DNA of 64,000 bases from Felis catus. Taxonomy: Eukaryota. The DNA lies in assembly GCF_018350175.1 (NCBI RefSeq), contig NC_058368.1, positions 235,044,001 through 235,108,000 on the forward strand. Direction: 5' to 3'. The position numbers and the translations under genes were made by a program. Positions 1-11,915 of this stretch are shown here, in pieces. The notes beneath the pieces were generated by a model, which searched no databases, was not told the origin of the DNA, and saw nothing but the letters and a program-made list of their open reading frames with translations. The stretch's first letter is position 1. Each line of letters begins with the position of its first letter.

Positions 1-73
1 TTTCATGGACAGAAAGATATGATCAATATTTAAAAAAACAAGCTAAGTATTCAGATGCACAAATTAATTGGGA

Positions 74-298
74 TTTTTTTTTAATTTTTTTTTTTACTAT
101 TTATTTTTGAGAGAGAGAGAGACAGAGTGCCAACCAGGGAGGGGCAGAGAGAGAGAGAGGGAGACACAGAATCCGAAGCAGGCTCCAGGCTCTGAGCTGT
201 CAGCACAGAGCCCGACACGGGGCTCAAACTCACAGACCGCAAGATCATGACCTGAGTTGAAGTCAGACGCTCAACCTACTGAGCCACCCAGGTGCCCC
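74..298 (-). mobile_element. Can-SINE (SINEC_Fc-type tRNA-derived SINE)
   Basis: Poly-T tail, (GA)n, body and ...GCCACCCAGGTGCCCC head on the reverse strand; flanking direct repeat TAATTGGGATTTT. Confidence 0.95.
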
Positions 299-1397
299 AA
301 TAATTGGGATTTTAATGAGAAATCGTTATCTCGCATCAGCTACAATATTTTGGTAACATTATATTTTATGCTATGATAAAACAGATGGGAGAGATATAAA
401 ACAATATTAAAGCTGAAATTATCAAAGTAGTCCAATTTGCCTGTGGATTCACCTTGATTGAAAATATTACCTGACCTTTCCCACTTTTATGCACCAAATA
501 TTCAAAATGCTTCAAATTTTGCTTAAACTGATACTGAGGTTCTCCCAACTATTTTTTTTCCATGTCATCAATTTTTTTTTTCTTTTTACCTTATCATTTG
601 GCATTTAATCATCAAGACCACTAGCCTATCTCATGGCTAAACATTGTTTCCTTCTGATTTAAGTAAATATCTAAAATGTCAAAAGTCGACAGCTTGAGGC
701 GTTTGAGGTCCAACTCTTTTGTTAATGTTTGGAAATTCTTGAGGTCACTTAAATTTCTATAAAGGCTTAAAAGTATATCTAAAACAAATCAGAAGAGCTC
801 TGTTGAATTTATGAAAACGTATCGTCTTTTTTTCCCCCTGAAGTTAGAAGACGTCAATGTATTTGCTCAGAAATACAAACACATCTCATACAAATACAGT
901 CGAAGAATGCGGTCCCAACCTGGGCAGGCGAGGGAACAGAAAGAGGTATTCATAGGTCAATGTGTCACACTGAGCTACGTTTTGCCAGGGGTCCAGCTAG
1001 GCTGTGGTTTAAGTTAGCGGTGCCGATTTCAAGTCTGTCTGCACCTCGTGGTCAGTCCTTGCGCCTCCCCTCCACAGGCTGCCGTGCTCATCTGAGTGTT
1101 GATTTGGGGCTTCCGTGTGCTCCGTCACAGGAGAGAGGGGGTCACTCCTCACTCGGCACGCTGTGAGGTTCTCGGGAAGCCAGGAGGTCCTGGACGCACC
1201 TGCACTGTCTTCTGCTGCCCCCACGTTCACAGTCAGCCCTGTGGTTGCAAACACACTGAGGAAAACACTCTCCTGTTTCCCCTTGTACTGCAAGCCACTT
1301 AAGCACCCTTTCCCTTTATTAGTAAATATGGCTTTGTGAGGTGTGTGTCACACACAGAATGACACATGCCTGTGACCAGTCCCCCTGCAATGTTGCT

Positions 1398-1400
<3 letters not shown>

Positions 1401-1432
<32 letters not shown>
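1401..1432. repeat. (GT)n microsatellite
   Basis: Uninterrupted GT dinucleotide run of about 16 units. Confidence 0.97.
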
Positions 1433-1434
<2 letters not shown>

Positions 1435-3569
1435 TGGAAGAGAGGGGAGACATATGCTTGCTGGCCAAGCATATGTGCATATGCTTGCTGGCCAAAGGAG
1501 CAAAGGGGTTATGGGTATAAACACATCATTTTAATAAAGGAGACGAGGGACTGTTTTAATTCTCTTTACTTCCCACTTAGATCATCAAAAAGACAAGAAG
1601 CTTCCGCATAGCTCTGGTCACGGGTCAAGAGAAACGCAGACCCACAGAGTCATTATGTTCTTTACCCCCACAGATCTTCCGGCGCTGTGCCCCCTTCCAG
1701 ATGGAATAGAAGTTTTTTCTTTTTGGGTGACTTCGGATCATGGTGGCGTGCTAAAGAGACAGATAGGAACGATTCTATCAGTGGTCAGAGGACAAGGTAC
1801 ATCGGCCAGGTCGGGGGAGACAGAGACCACAAGGTATGATTTGCATCATCCTTATGGAAGCAATACCTGTGACCCAGAGGCAAGCAAATGCTTGTCCCAA
1901 TGACAAGATACCAGAGTCCCCAAGGCCTATGAACCCAAAAGCCAAATTCACACACACATGCACCCACCCGCATACGTACACATGAACGCCTCACGCCTTA
2001 TCATTTGCCTCCCCACAGAGAGCCTCTGGAGGGTCAGACCAGAAGATTCCTGGTTGCGTGTAAGGGGCTGGGTCCACACGGAAGCAGAGCCAGCTTGGCC
2101 AAGAGCCTGACTTAGTCCAGAAATAGAATAGAAAGAGAATTAAGAGGAAAGAAAGAGAGAGACAGACAGAGGCAGAGGAAGGGAGGGAGACTGAGGACAG
2201 TAATAAAAACTCTTGACAGCCAGGGATTTACCCTGGGGACTGGAAAAGACTACGTGCCTGCGTGTAGGAGGCCGGCCGGATTCGCCTCTAAGGCAATGCA
2301 GGTTTAGTTTAGGTGAGTCACCTCTGCAAATGTCAGTGTGGTCTCGTTTGGGAAAGAGGACCCAGAAAGAAGCATTTTGGGAAAGCTACAGCAGCGATGT
2401 TTCCCTGAGAGGTGCAAGGAGGTCTAGTCTTCAGAAGGGTTTGCTAGAAGGAGAAGGAGGGGGGAGGAGGGGGGAAGAAGGCAAAGGAGGGGGAGGCGGG
2501 AGAGGAGGAAGTACGTAACAGACCTGGAATGGAATGGACGCGTACATACAACGTGACCGAAGCTAGCAAGCTGTAAGTTAGTCTTTCCACGGTGGACAAA
2601 CAGCAATGTTCTCACCGGATTATCGTACCCACTAGGGTCAGGACACATCCCTGACATCATTGCCAAAGTCCAAGTTAAAGGAGTTGTCACTGAAGAGCGA
2701 GTGAGGAAGGTACTCACAGTTTCCTTTGTTCAGGGGCTAGAAGGAGCCAGGACGACCCTGTGTTTTTTCCAGGGATGCTCTTGTTTTCACGTTCTTGCCT
2801 GCATGTGAGATGTGACGTGTCTACAACTTTCTAATGGCCACAATTTTGCTTGCAACAGCGGGAGACCAGACAAGGAGGCAGAACAAAACCAGTGCAGGCC
2901 TTGAGGACCAGGCTAGCCAGTGTGGACTTCACTGGGTGAGCCGGGGTGGGGGGTTGGAGCAGGACAGGGTCTGCACCTGTTAAAGGACCGATCGGCTGGG
3001 CCCCGAGAGGCTCTGACAGCAGGGTTCACGGGCAGACACTGCCTGACGCCCGGTGGACACTGAGCTTTACCAACTGAGACAGAGCGTCATAAAGCCGCCT
3101 GACCAGAGGGCCTCCATCTGAGGCGGGAATGATCTCCACACATGGTCAAAGCTGCATCCAGCCTAAGTTGGAGGTGCAGGGAAATAACCACAGAGGCCAC
3201 CAGCTTCCTTGGGTTGCCCCTTCTGGCTGGGAAGAGAGGAGCCTTTTCCATCAGCAGGTGCCTTGGCCCCTGTGGGATCTCAAAGGTCCCACGGGAGAAT
3301 TTCTGGGGAAGCCTAGACACCCACACCTCACTGAGACAGTGCAGCCTGCTTCACATACTTCGGGCACTTGAGACTCTACCCTCTTCCTAAATCCATAATG
3401 ACTTATACCCCTAGTGCTACTGACCAGAAGCTCACTGTCTACCAATTGTTTTGCGAACAAATGAGGCATGATGTTACATTCACCACCCGTTCCCGGAAGT
3501 TAACTTTTCTGTTGCAGATATTCCAAACACCTCCACAGTTTAACGTGGAAATCAGAAAAGACAATTCTC

Positions 3570-3790
3570 GGGGCACCTAGGTGGCTTAGTCAGTTGGACG
3601 CCTGACTCTGGATCTTGGCTCAGGTCATGATCTCACAGTTCCTGAGTTGGAGCCCAGAGTCGGGCTCTGTGCTGACCGTGCGGAGCCCGCTTGGGAGTCT
3701 GTCTCTCCCTCTCTCTGCCCCTCCCTCTCTCTCACACGCAATAAATAAATAAACTTAAAAAAAAGAAAAGAAAAGAAAAGAAAAGAAAAA
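3570..3790 (+). mobile_element. Can-SINE with (AAAAG)n tail
   Basis: GGGGCACCTAGGTGGCTTAGTCAGTT head, CT-rich segment, AATAAA and A-rich tail; degenerate TSD AAAAG..ATTCTC. Confidence 0.93.
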
Positions 3791-5407
3791 GTGATTCTCT
3801 AATCCATAGAGTAATATAGATTCCCTGGACCCCAGTGAATTTTTGTATTGACTTCTTGAGATACCAAGGTGTTTTCTGATAAAGTCAATCAAATAATTTG
3901 AAATCTCTGTGCATTTTGCCTTACACGGATATTATCTAAATCCGAGGGCTCCATTTATTTGGGAAACAACATGCCGTCAGGACAAACAGGAGTAATGATG
4001 GCATTGAGTGGATTCATTGTTTAATTCCATCAATATCCTCCTCGATCGAGAAGAAAAAAATCAGTGTTTAAATTTAACTCCCATAATCTTGATTTATGAT
4101 GCTCCGTGGCCCTGAAGAGAGGGAATTCATGCCATTTATTAACGTAGCCTCCACACGTAAATAATTGCTGTTTACGCGGAGGGGTGTCCAGGGAAATCGT
4201 TCTGAAGACTGAGGTGGCAGCAATATTAATTACAGACAAAAAACTGGTTTTGGTAAACATATTGCAAATCCACTAGTTCATGGACAATTTCAGCCCCTGG
4301 ATGTACCTTCTGCCTTTGTGGGTCCCAGGAGGTGGGCGCCTGTTCCCTTCACTCCGAAATAATCTTGTCACTTACAACTTAGAAGGCAAATTGTAGGAGA
4401 CAAGGTGTTTCTCTGCATCACGGGGCTCAGTGTATGACTACAGTATTATCTCTAAGAGCCACCAAGACCTCTGGGATACTCGGTGATGTTTTATTTATAA
4501 GCCTATCACTGTCAATATCAACAAAGCCTAATGGAACGGAGCACGGAAATGCCATTTCTGTATGGGGGGTTGCAGAGGCCTGGGGGGCTGTTTGGGGGTT
4601 GCAGAGGCCTGGGCACCCGCACACGCAGCTCTCCATGCTAACATTAATGAACGCTGGTGAGTTTGCTCTCAGGGCCGGGAGAGCCGTGGGCCTGCGTCCC
4701 CGCACATGCAGGAGGGTTTCCGTTCGGCAGCTCCCGGACGTCTGTCGAGGACACTCGCGGTGCAAACACTGAGCCTGCCCAGTTCTGCGTCTGGAGAGTC
4801 TAAAACAGGGCGTTGCACTCACTCTCCCATCACACGTTTATGATGTTAGGGATTCCATTTGGCAGATCAAATCACAAAGCTTTAGACGCCTCTTCGTCTT
4901 CACGGGGCGAAGTCCTTCGGGCACTGACTTTGGGAAGCTGACCACACGAGGGACCCTCAAGGAAGCACCCGAGCCCCGTGTCTCCGCTCTGTGGTGCCAG
5001 GATGTGGCAAAGACGTTAAGCTGTGAGAAAGCATCGCCCAGCTCACCAGGGCTGGCCGAGAGGGCGGTGGGCACCACTGTCCGGGGGCTGTGGCATCTGT
5101 GTGAGCTCGGGGAGAAGGCAGCCACGGAAGGGGCCCGCGCCCAAGGTGGCAGGCCCGTGACATTTAGCTGCTTTCAGAGCCCCTAGTGGTGCATGACCCA
5201 CCCCCACTCCTGCCTCCTCCTGCCCCCGTTTGACCCCCTCCTGTGCAAGACATCTTCGGGGTGCCTAACACTAAGCTTCAGGGCCTGTGTTTTCAGCCCC
5301 GGGTTTTCAACACCCTGTTCAGGGCCTAACATAGAGGAGGCTCCCCCTGCAGCTCAGGGGTCAGTAGGACCTTTAGCCTGATGGTGCCCTGAGGCTGAAA
5401 AAACTGG

Positions 5408-5712
5408 GTGGAGGGAGGTGAGGAGGCCAGGGAGGGAAGGAGAGGGGGGGCGGGGAGGGGCAGAGGGGGGAGAGAAGGGGAACAGGGGAAGGGGGAGAGG
5501 GGGAGGAGGAGGGGAGAGGGGAAGGGAGGGAAGGGAGGAAAGGGGGGAAGAAGGAGAGGGAGGGGGAGGGGAGGGGAGGGGAGGGGGAGAGAGGGAGAGA
5601 GGGGGAGGGGAGAGAAGAGGAGAAAGGAGGGACGGAGGAAGTGAGAGGGGGAGGGAGGTGATGGGGCTGGGAGGGGGAGAGAGGGAGAGAGGGAGGGAAG
5701 GGGAGGGAGGCG
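5408..5712. repeat. Polypurine (G/A-rich) low-complexity tract
   Basis: ~300 bp almost entirely G and A on the + strand, with many GGG runs. Confidence 0.93.
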
Positions 5713-7094
5713 AACTACATGGAAACCCAAGGCTGGCCCTGATCTCCCCATGTGACACTCAGCTGGTCCTGTTTTGGGGATTTCTGCTCACTGAGCTCCC
5801 AGAGCGCATCAGTGCTGTCATCGGTGACCCTCAGCTGACCAAAGCCAAGGTCACCCAGCCAGAGCCACAGACACACAAAAAGCTGGAGGAGGGCGAACAG
5901 GAGTCCGTGGGGGGATGTTCTGGTGAAGAAAGTGCTCTTCCGGGGAGGAGCCCGACGGACAGAGGGAGCGAGTCTGATGTCCTCCTTCCACCTGCCTAGT
6001 CTCCACCCAGTGGGGGAAGCGGGGGCACGGCAGAGTGAGGGGTCCCTGCAGCGGTCCGCCTCCCAGCTCACCGAAGGCCCTGCCCTTTTTACGGAAAACA
6101 AAGGAACTGGAGGAGCTGCTCCCTTGGTCTTAAAAATTGCACGACTCCCCAAGAGTTCCCATAAATTTCACTACCGTATCGCTGATTCTGATTCTTTAAC
6201 TGCAGACCGCTGGCCTGTGGACCTTGCAGCGCTGACCTGGAGCCCTAATCAGCTCGTCACCAGGTCCAGCGCACAAGCGAACCTCGCAGGGACCCCGGGA
6301 CAATGTGGTCCCCACGCCGGGTAACCCCTGAGAGTCCGGGTTTATAGGAAGTTCCCATGCGATGCTGAGCGTGTTCCCCGCTTCGAGTAGCTTCTAGACA
6401 GAGGCTCCCCCAGGGTCCTTGGGTTTCCCACCTGGAGCCCGCACTCACCGGCTGGTGGCCTCGACAAATCACCCAACTCCCGTGCGCCCTGACTCCGCCC
6501 CTCGGGTACAGAGGTGACGTGTCAGAGTCTGTAGGAGGATTGGGTGTGAGCACGGCGTTCTGTGAAGTTCTCAGCACGTAGAAGGGGGGCAGACGGTCCA
6601 CTGTCCTCCTCGTTCTGGTCGACACGCTTCGGAACTGCTACGGAGGCCCCTGTGCATTGGGAGGTGGCCTCAGGAGCCGGGACGCCCTCCAGGGAAGCTC
6701 ACCTTCCTGGGTCCTGGGGCCCCTGGCCACTTCGAAACCAGGTAAGTGAGTCACCAGAGACGGAATTAAAGCTTCCTTCCCGCTCCTGACCTCCCTCCTG
6801 GGTCTTCCTGACGATGCTTTCCAAGCAGAAGACACACACACGTCTCTTGGGCATAACAAAAACAAAGGGACCTTGTGAGAACGACAACTCTCGGTCCTTC
6901 GTATGGAGACTGGTCAAGCTGGTGGTTAGGCTGACATTTTTTATCGTAATATTCGGAGAATACTGTTTACTGAGCTTATCTCTGAATTTAGGGGATATGT
7001 GTCTTGTTAAAGCATGCGTGCCAACTGTTCTCGGACACAAATAAGGGAATATTGAGTGGTTATCATGTCTCTGCATATTAAAATTGTAACTATA

Positions 7095-7290
7095 GGGGCC
7101 ACTGGGGGTGGCTCAGTTAAGCATCTGACTTACGCTCCGGTCATGATCTCATGGTGCATGAGTTCAAGCCCCACATCGGGCTCTGTGCTGAGGGCTTGGA
7201 GCCCAGAGCCTGCTTCAGATACTGTGTCCCCCTCTCTCTTGGCCCCTCCCCTGCTCTCTCTTCTCTCAAAAGTAAATAAACATTCAAAAA
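7095..7290 (+). mobile_element. Can-SINE
   Basis: Head GGGGCCACTGGGGGTGGCTCAG, body, A tail; TSD AAAATT(G/A)TAACTAT. Confidence 0.92.
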
Positions 7291-7419
7291 AAATTATAAC
7301 TATGAAGCTATCTTGGTAATCTTTGTAACAAGTAACATCTATCATGAACAGCAATTTCCAGGGATTGTTTTTGTCACTGTTTCCAAGAAAGGTGCTTCAT
7401 GCTATTAAAGATTGCTGTG

Positions 7420-7607
7420 GGGGCACCTGGGTGGCTCAGTCAGTTGAGCGTCTGATTTTGGCTCAGGTTCTGATCTCATGGTTCGTGAGTTCAAGCCCCA
7501 CATAGGGATCTGTGCTGACAGCATGGAGCTTGCTTCGTATCCTCTGTCCCCCACTCTCTGCTCCTCCCTCCCTCTCTCTCTCTCTCTCAAATCAAAAATA
7601 AACATTT
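7420..7607 (+). mobile_element. Can-SINE
   Basis: GGGGCACCTGGGTGGCTCAG head, (CT)n, tail; TSD TAAAGAT(T/A)GCTGTG. Confidence 0.93.
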
Positions 7608-7759
7608 AAAGATAGCTGTGCCTGTAGGTAGGGAAGAAAGGGCAGAACATTAGCAATCACCTGACTTACTGTCCTTCTTTCTATGACAGATTTAAAAGTG
7701 AGGCCAATACCTTCATTATCTTGTTCAAAGTCACCGGATTTGGGCCTTTTTTCAATGTA

Positions 7760-7982
7760 TTTTTTTTTTATTTTTTTCAACGTTTTTATTTATTTTTGGG
7801 ACAGAGAGAGACAGAGCATGAACGGGGGAGGGGCAGAGAGAGAGGGAGACACAGAATCGGAAACAGGCTCCAGGCTCCGAGCCATCAGCCCAGAGCCTGA
7901 CGCGGGGCTCGAACTCACGGACCGCAAGATCGTGACCTGGCTGAAGTCGGACGCTTAACCGACTGCGCCACCCAGGTGCCCC
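7760..7982 (-). mobile_element. Can-SINE, young felid subfamily
   Basis: CpG-intact body with diagnostic CCATCAGCCC and GACCTGGCTGAAGTCGG; perfect TSD TCAATGTATTTT. Confidence 0.96.
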
Positions 7983-8873
7983 TCAATGTATTTTAAAATG
8001 CACGCGCAGAAATGCAGCAAGCGTGAGTCTAGAGGGGATCATTAACTTTCAAGAAACCATCTCAACAAAAATGCCTGATTTTTGAAGTGAGTGGCTCCGA
8101 CCAGGGTGACAGGAGGACTGGTCTTTGTGTTGAGATAACACGTAACATATTTGCACTACTTTGCGCCCTTTCCCCTGTTGCCCAAGAAAAGGCGCTGCAC
8201 CCCTGGCTTGGGGGGAGACGAGTAATGGAAGGGTTCAAGACAGTGGCTGGCGTGCAGCAAAGTCCCCCGAAGCCACGTGGATCCAGGGAATCTGCAAACC
8301 CTCCCTTCTCGGCAGGCGCCGCGTTTAGTCAGTGCAGATCCCTACGGGCTCAGAGAGAAGCATCTGGCCCATTTTTTTTCCACCGGCGACCTGGCAGGAA
8401 TGATAGGCGAGGAGGTGGTGACTTTCTTGCTGACCAAAACCCCATTAGTCTAGACACTGAACATGTTTCAAGACTGGCTGAGGGCAGTGAGAGGTCTCGT
8501 TAGTGCCCGGGATGTTGCCCAGCCCACTGGTGTGTGTTCTAGGCCTTCCGTGCAGGGGCCGGTGATGAGGAACAGCAAGCAGACCGCCATATTGAATTTA
8601 GGTGATGCAGTTGGCATACATCAGCAAGACCACTAATCAGGAGTAAGATGCAAAAAGACCTGGGGGGACACGGAGCCCCGCTAAGGGTCTTGGGGAAAGG
8701 CAACCAAATGTAAGTGGGAAGACCCAAAGGTCAACATTTTTAATTGGTTCAAGAGAGAAGACACAGTCAGATCTAGTTTCCAGAGAAATCATTGCTCCCA
8801 GGAGAGATTAAATTCAACTGAACTCCTCCCTCATTGCCACCAGGGAGGGAAAGTGCCCTGTTCAGACCCTACG

Positions 8874-9320
8874 TGTCCCAGCGTCTTGCCACGTCAAAGT
8901 GTCACAATCTGGGTGGCTGACAACGTTGGAGATTTACTGCCTCACAGTTCTGGAGGCCAGGAGCCCAAGATCAAGGTGTCGGCAGGCTGTGTGCCCACCC
9001 CCCACTCCCCCCACCCCCAACCCCCGCCAAGGCACTGGGTAGACTCCTTCCTCATCCATTCTTAGGCTCTGATCATGGCCGCCGGTCCTGGGCCCTCCTT
9101 GCGTGCAGCCACATCACGGCCTGCACCTTCATCTTCCAGTCCCTCCTCAGCCCCCCACATCGTCCCCCTACAGGGACACCAGGGCCATAGCATTTCAGGT
9201 GCGCTGCACTCCAGGAAGACTTCCTCTTTAGTTTCATCTACAGCGATCCTGTAAGATCACTTTCTGGGTGCTGGAGGTGAGGGTCTGACACATCCTTTGG
9301 GGGATCCCACTCAACCCACA
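8874..9320 (-). mobile_element. MaLR solo LTR (MLT1B/C-like), degraded
   Basis: CTCACAGTTCTGGAGGCCAGGAGCCCAAGATCAAGGTGTCGGCAGG motif typical of reverse-strand MLT1, with a matching terminal segment near 9270-9320. Confidence 0.75.
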
Positions 9321-9814
9321 GCCCCAAGCAAGGACAACGCCTCTCTGCGATGTGAGCACATTGCCTGTCTTGGGCTTTCCTGTGGCAGCTTGGGCTGTAC
9401 TCGCTCTGTCTTCTTTCCTGGAAACTCTCCAGTATGTGTACTCCAGGGAGGCCCCGTGAGGAAACTTTTTGAGTGTGTGCATGGCCACCATCTGACCACT
9501 GCTGTAAGAAATTCACCATCCCAGCAGGTCTTGGGGTCCCGGAAGTTTCCGTGACATCTCTTTGTCAGCAGACGACTGGGTCAGGACCAGCAAGTTAGAA
9601 GTTACAAGGTGGGGCCTGGGGACATGAACCCGGCTCTGAGTTCCCAGGAAGGAGAAGTTCTATGATCAGATTCCATACGGGTGTGGATGTGTGTGTGTGT
9701 GCGTGTACAGATGCAGGCTGGAGAGAGACAAGCAGGATACAGTTAAATAAGTGACTTGGTATGTGCAAACCTATCTGAGCTTGCAGGAAAATCTCATTTA
9801 CTGTAGGCTTGCTC

Positions 9815-10375
9815 TTTTTTTTTTTTTTTTTTTTTTTTAACAATATGATGGACTATATACTCCCTATGCTATACTTTTCATCCCCATGACTTATTTTATA
9901 ACTGGAAGTTTTGGGTCGCCTGGGTGGCTCAGTCTGGTGAGCGCCCGACTTCGGCTCAGGTCATGATCTCGCGGTCCGTGATTTCAAGCCCTGCCTCAGG
10001 CTCTGTGCTGACAGCTCAGAGCCTGGAGACTGCTTCCGATTCTGTGTCTCCCTTTGTCTGCCCCTCCTCTTCTCATGCTCTCTCTCTCTCTGTCTCTCTC
10101 AGAAATCAATAAACATTAAAAAAAAAATTTATAACTGGAAGTTTAGATCCTTTAATCCCCTCCACCTGTTTCTCCCACCCCTAACCCCTCCCTCAATCCC
10201 CAGTGCCCCTCTGGCAATCACCAGTTTGTTCTCTGTATTTATGACTCTGTTTCTGGTTTTTCGTTTGTTCGTGTGTTTTGTTTTGTTAGATTCCACATAT
10301 AAGTGACATCACGCAGTATTTGAGTTTCTCTGTCCGACTTATTTCTGTCGGCGTGATACCCTCACGGTCCATCCA
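9815..10375 (-). mobile_element. LINE-1 3' UTR fragment (L1MA/L1_Carn-like), interrupted by a SINE
   Basis: Poly-T then L1 3' UTR motifs (CTCTGGCAATCACCAGTTTGTTCTCTGTATTTATG; TTAGATTCCACATATAAGTGA). Confidence 0.8.
9913..10127 (+). mobile_element. Can-SINE inserted in L1 fragment
   Basis: Full SINE structure; TSD TTTATAACTGGAAGTTT on both sides. Confidence 0.95.
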
Positions 10376-11705
10376 GAGAACCCCCTAAATGTCCAGGGTG
10401 TTAGAACATGGGAGGGCACAGCCACCATACAAGGGTCCCTGTGTTGATAGGACACACAGGAGAGACAGACACAGTGGCTACTTATCCCGTGAACCCTGAC
10501 TCTAGCGTCCCACCCTGGGGACATCCCAGGGGAAGGGATGCTTGTGCGGCAGAGGCCTAGTCCCTCCTCCTGGGCCCCTCTGACCCTCCCCTCTCCCAGG
10601 ATCCTGGTACCTGGAAGCTCCCTGGAGGACCGGGCTGGCCAGAGGCTTCTTCCCTCAGAATGGTAACCGCAGCCCCGAGGGTCTCTCCGGTCCGGTCTGG
10701 AGGAGAAACTTACAACGCAGTGGGGGGGGGGGGGCGGTGTCACCAAGGAAAATGACATCCTCCATGTTCCCTGGGGTCTGTGGCTGGAGTACAGCCCACA
10801 CTTCACGCACTGACTGTTCGGGAAAGGTGTGACCTTTCACTGTGGCCCCGTCACCTAGCCTGACACTCAGGCCCCTCATTTTTTTTTTTAATTAATATTT
10901 TGAGTCACTTTAGGTTTGTTTCATTTTTGTTTTCTTTTGTATTCCAATCCATCAGATTGTTTTTCTCCCTAATGCCTACGCATACCCCAGGCTGTTTATC
11001 TGATGAGACTGCTGCCCTCAGGAGTGTAGGCATCCACAGACATCCACACGGGGGTCCAAACAGCCACGTGTGCAGGGACACAGCACACATCTCCCTTGGA
11101 GCAAGTGTGGGGACCTCACTAGTAAGGGGGACGATTCTCTTGTCCCAGAAGTAGACTCCCAGACAAGAGCGCCCCGTGGTGGATAGAACCATAGCCTAGG
11201 GGTATTTTACTTGGTTACATTGATGGTATTAGGAGCCTTTAAAACGCATTCAGGGTCAACAAACTTTGAAATGACACTTCATTGTTAGCAAAGCACCTAA
11301 AGAAAACAGATCAAAAGGTGTTCGTGGATCCTAAACCTTAAGGGAAACTTACCACACTCCCACTTGGAGCGGACTTGAGTTGTCCATCTTATTCCCTCCG
11401 AAGAAATCTAGTACTGATGTTTCTGAATTACTTCCGGGGTAGAAGACATCCCTAGACTTCATTTGCCAAAGCCCCCGGGGAGGCCAGAGGCATTGGAAGG
11501 TTTCCAGGGCTTCAGATCAATGATGTCAAGGACTGGTAGGCGGCACGGGGTTGTGTTTGCCAAACTCTGTCTTCTTTTCCACCCACTTTTAGACTTGAAG
11601 TTGTGTCTGCTCAGTGGCCGATGTCCCACAAACCTCTCATAATCCCCTAAATATATACAAAATAAAGGTTTTATTTTAAGCCTGTTTTAAAGGTAACTGT
11701 CTCTT

Positions 11706-11915
11706 GGGGCACCTGTGTGGCTCAGTTGGTTAAGCATCCCACTTTGGCTCAGGTCATGATCTCATGGTGTGTGAGTTCGAGCCCCGTTTCGGACTTTCTA
11801 CTGTCAGCACAGAACCCGCTTGGAATCCTCTGTCCCCCTCTCTCTCTGCCCCACCCCTGCTCACGCTCTCTCTCGCTCGCTTTCTTCCAAAAATGAAGAA
11901 GCATGTATTTCTTTT
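11706..11915 (+). mobile_element. Can-SINE
   Basis: GGGGCACCTGTGTGGCTCAGTTGG head, body, CT region; TSD around AAAGGTAACT. Confidence 0.92.

Noticed and set aside
68..250. Recurrent short ORFs such as FIYFWDRERQSMNGGGAERE and MAQSVKRPTSAQVMISR across the window
   Set aside because: All are Can-SINE translations.
3570..3660. tRNA-like A/B box sequences
   Set aside because: They are the tRNA-derived heads of Can-SINEs, not tRNA genes.
5326..5999. 134-193 aa Gly/Arg/Glu-rich or Pro-rich ORFs
   Set aside because: They arise from the polypurine low-complexity tract.
6740..6747. Strong + strand donor CAG|GTAAGT
   Set aside because: No convincing paired acceptor or coding frame; isolated consensus donors are common.
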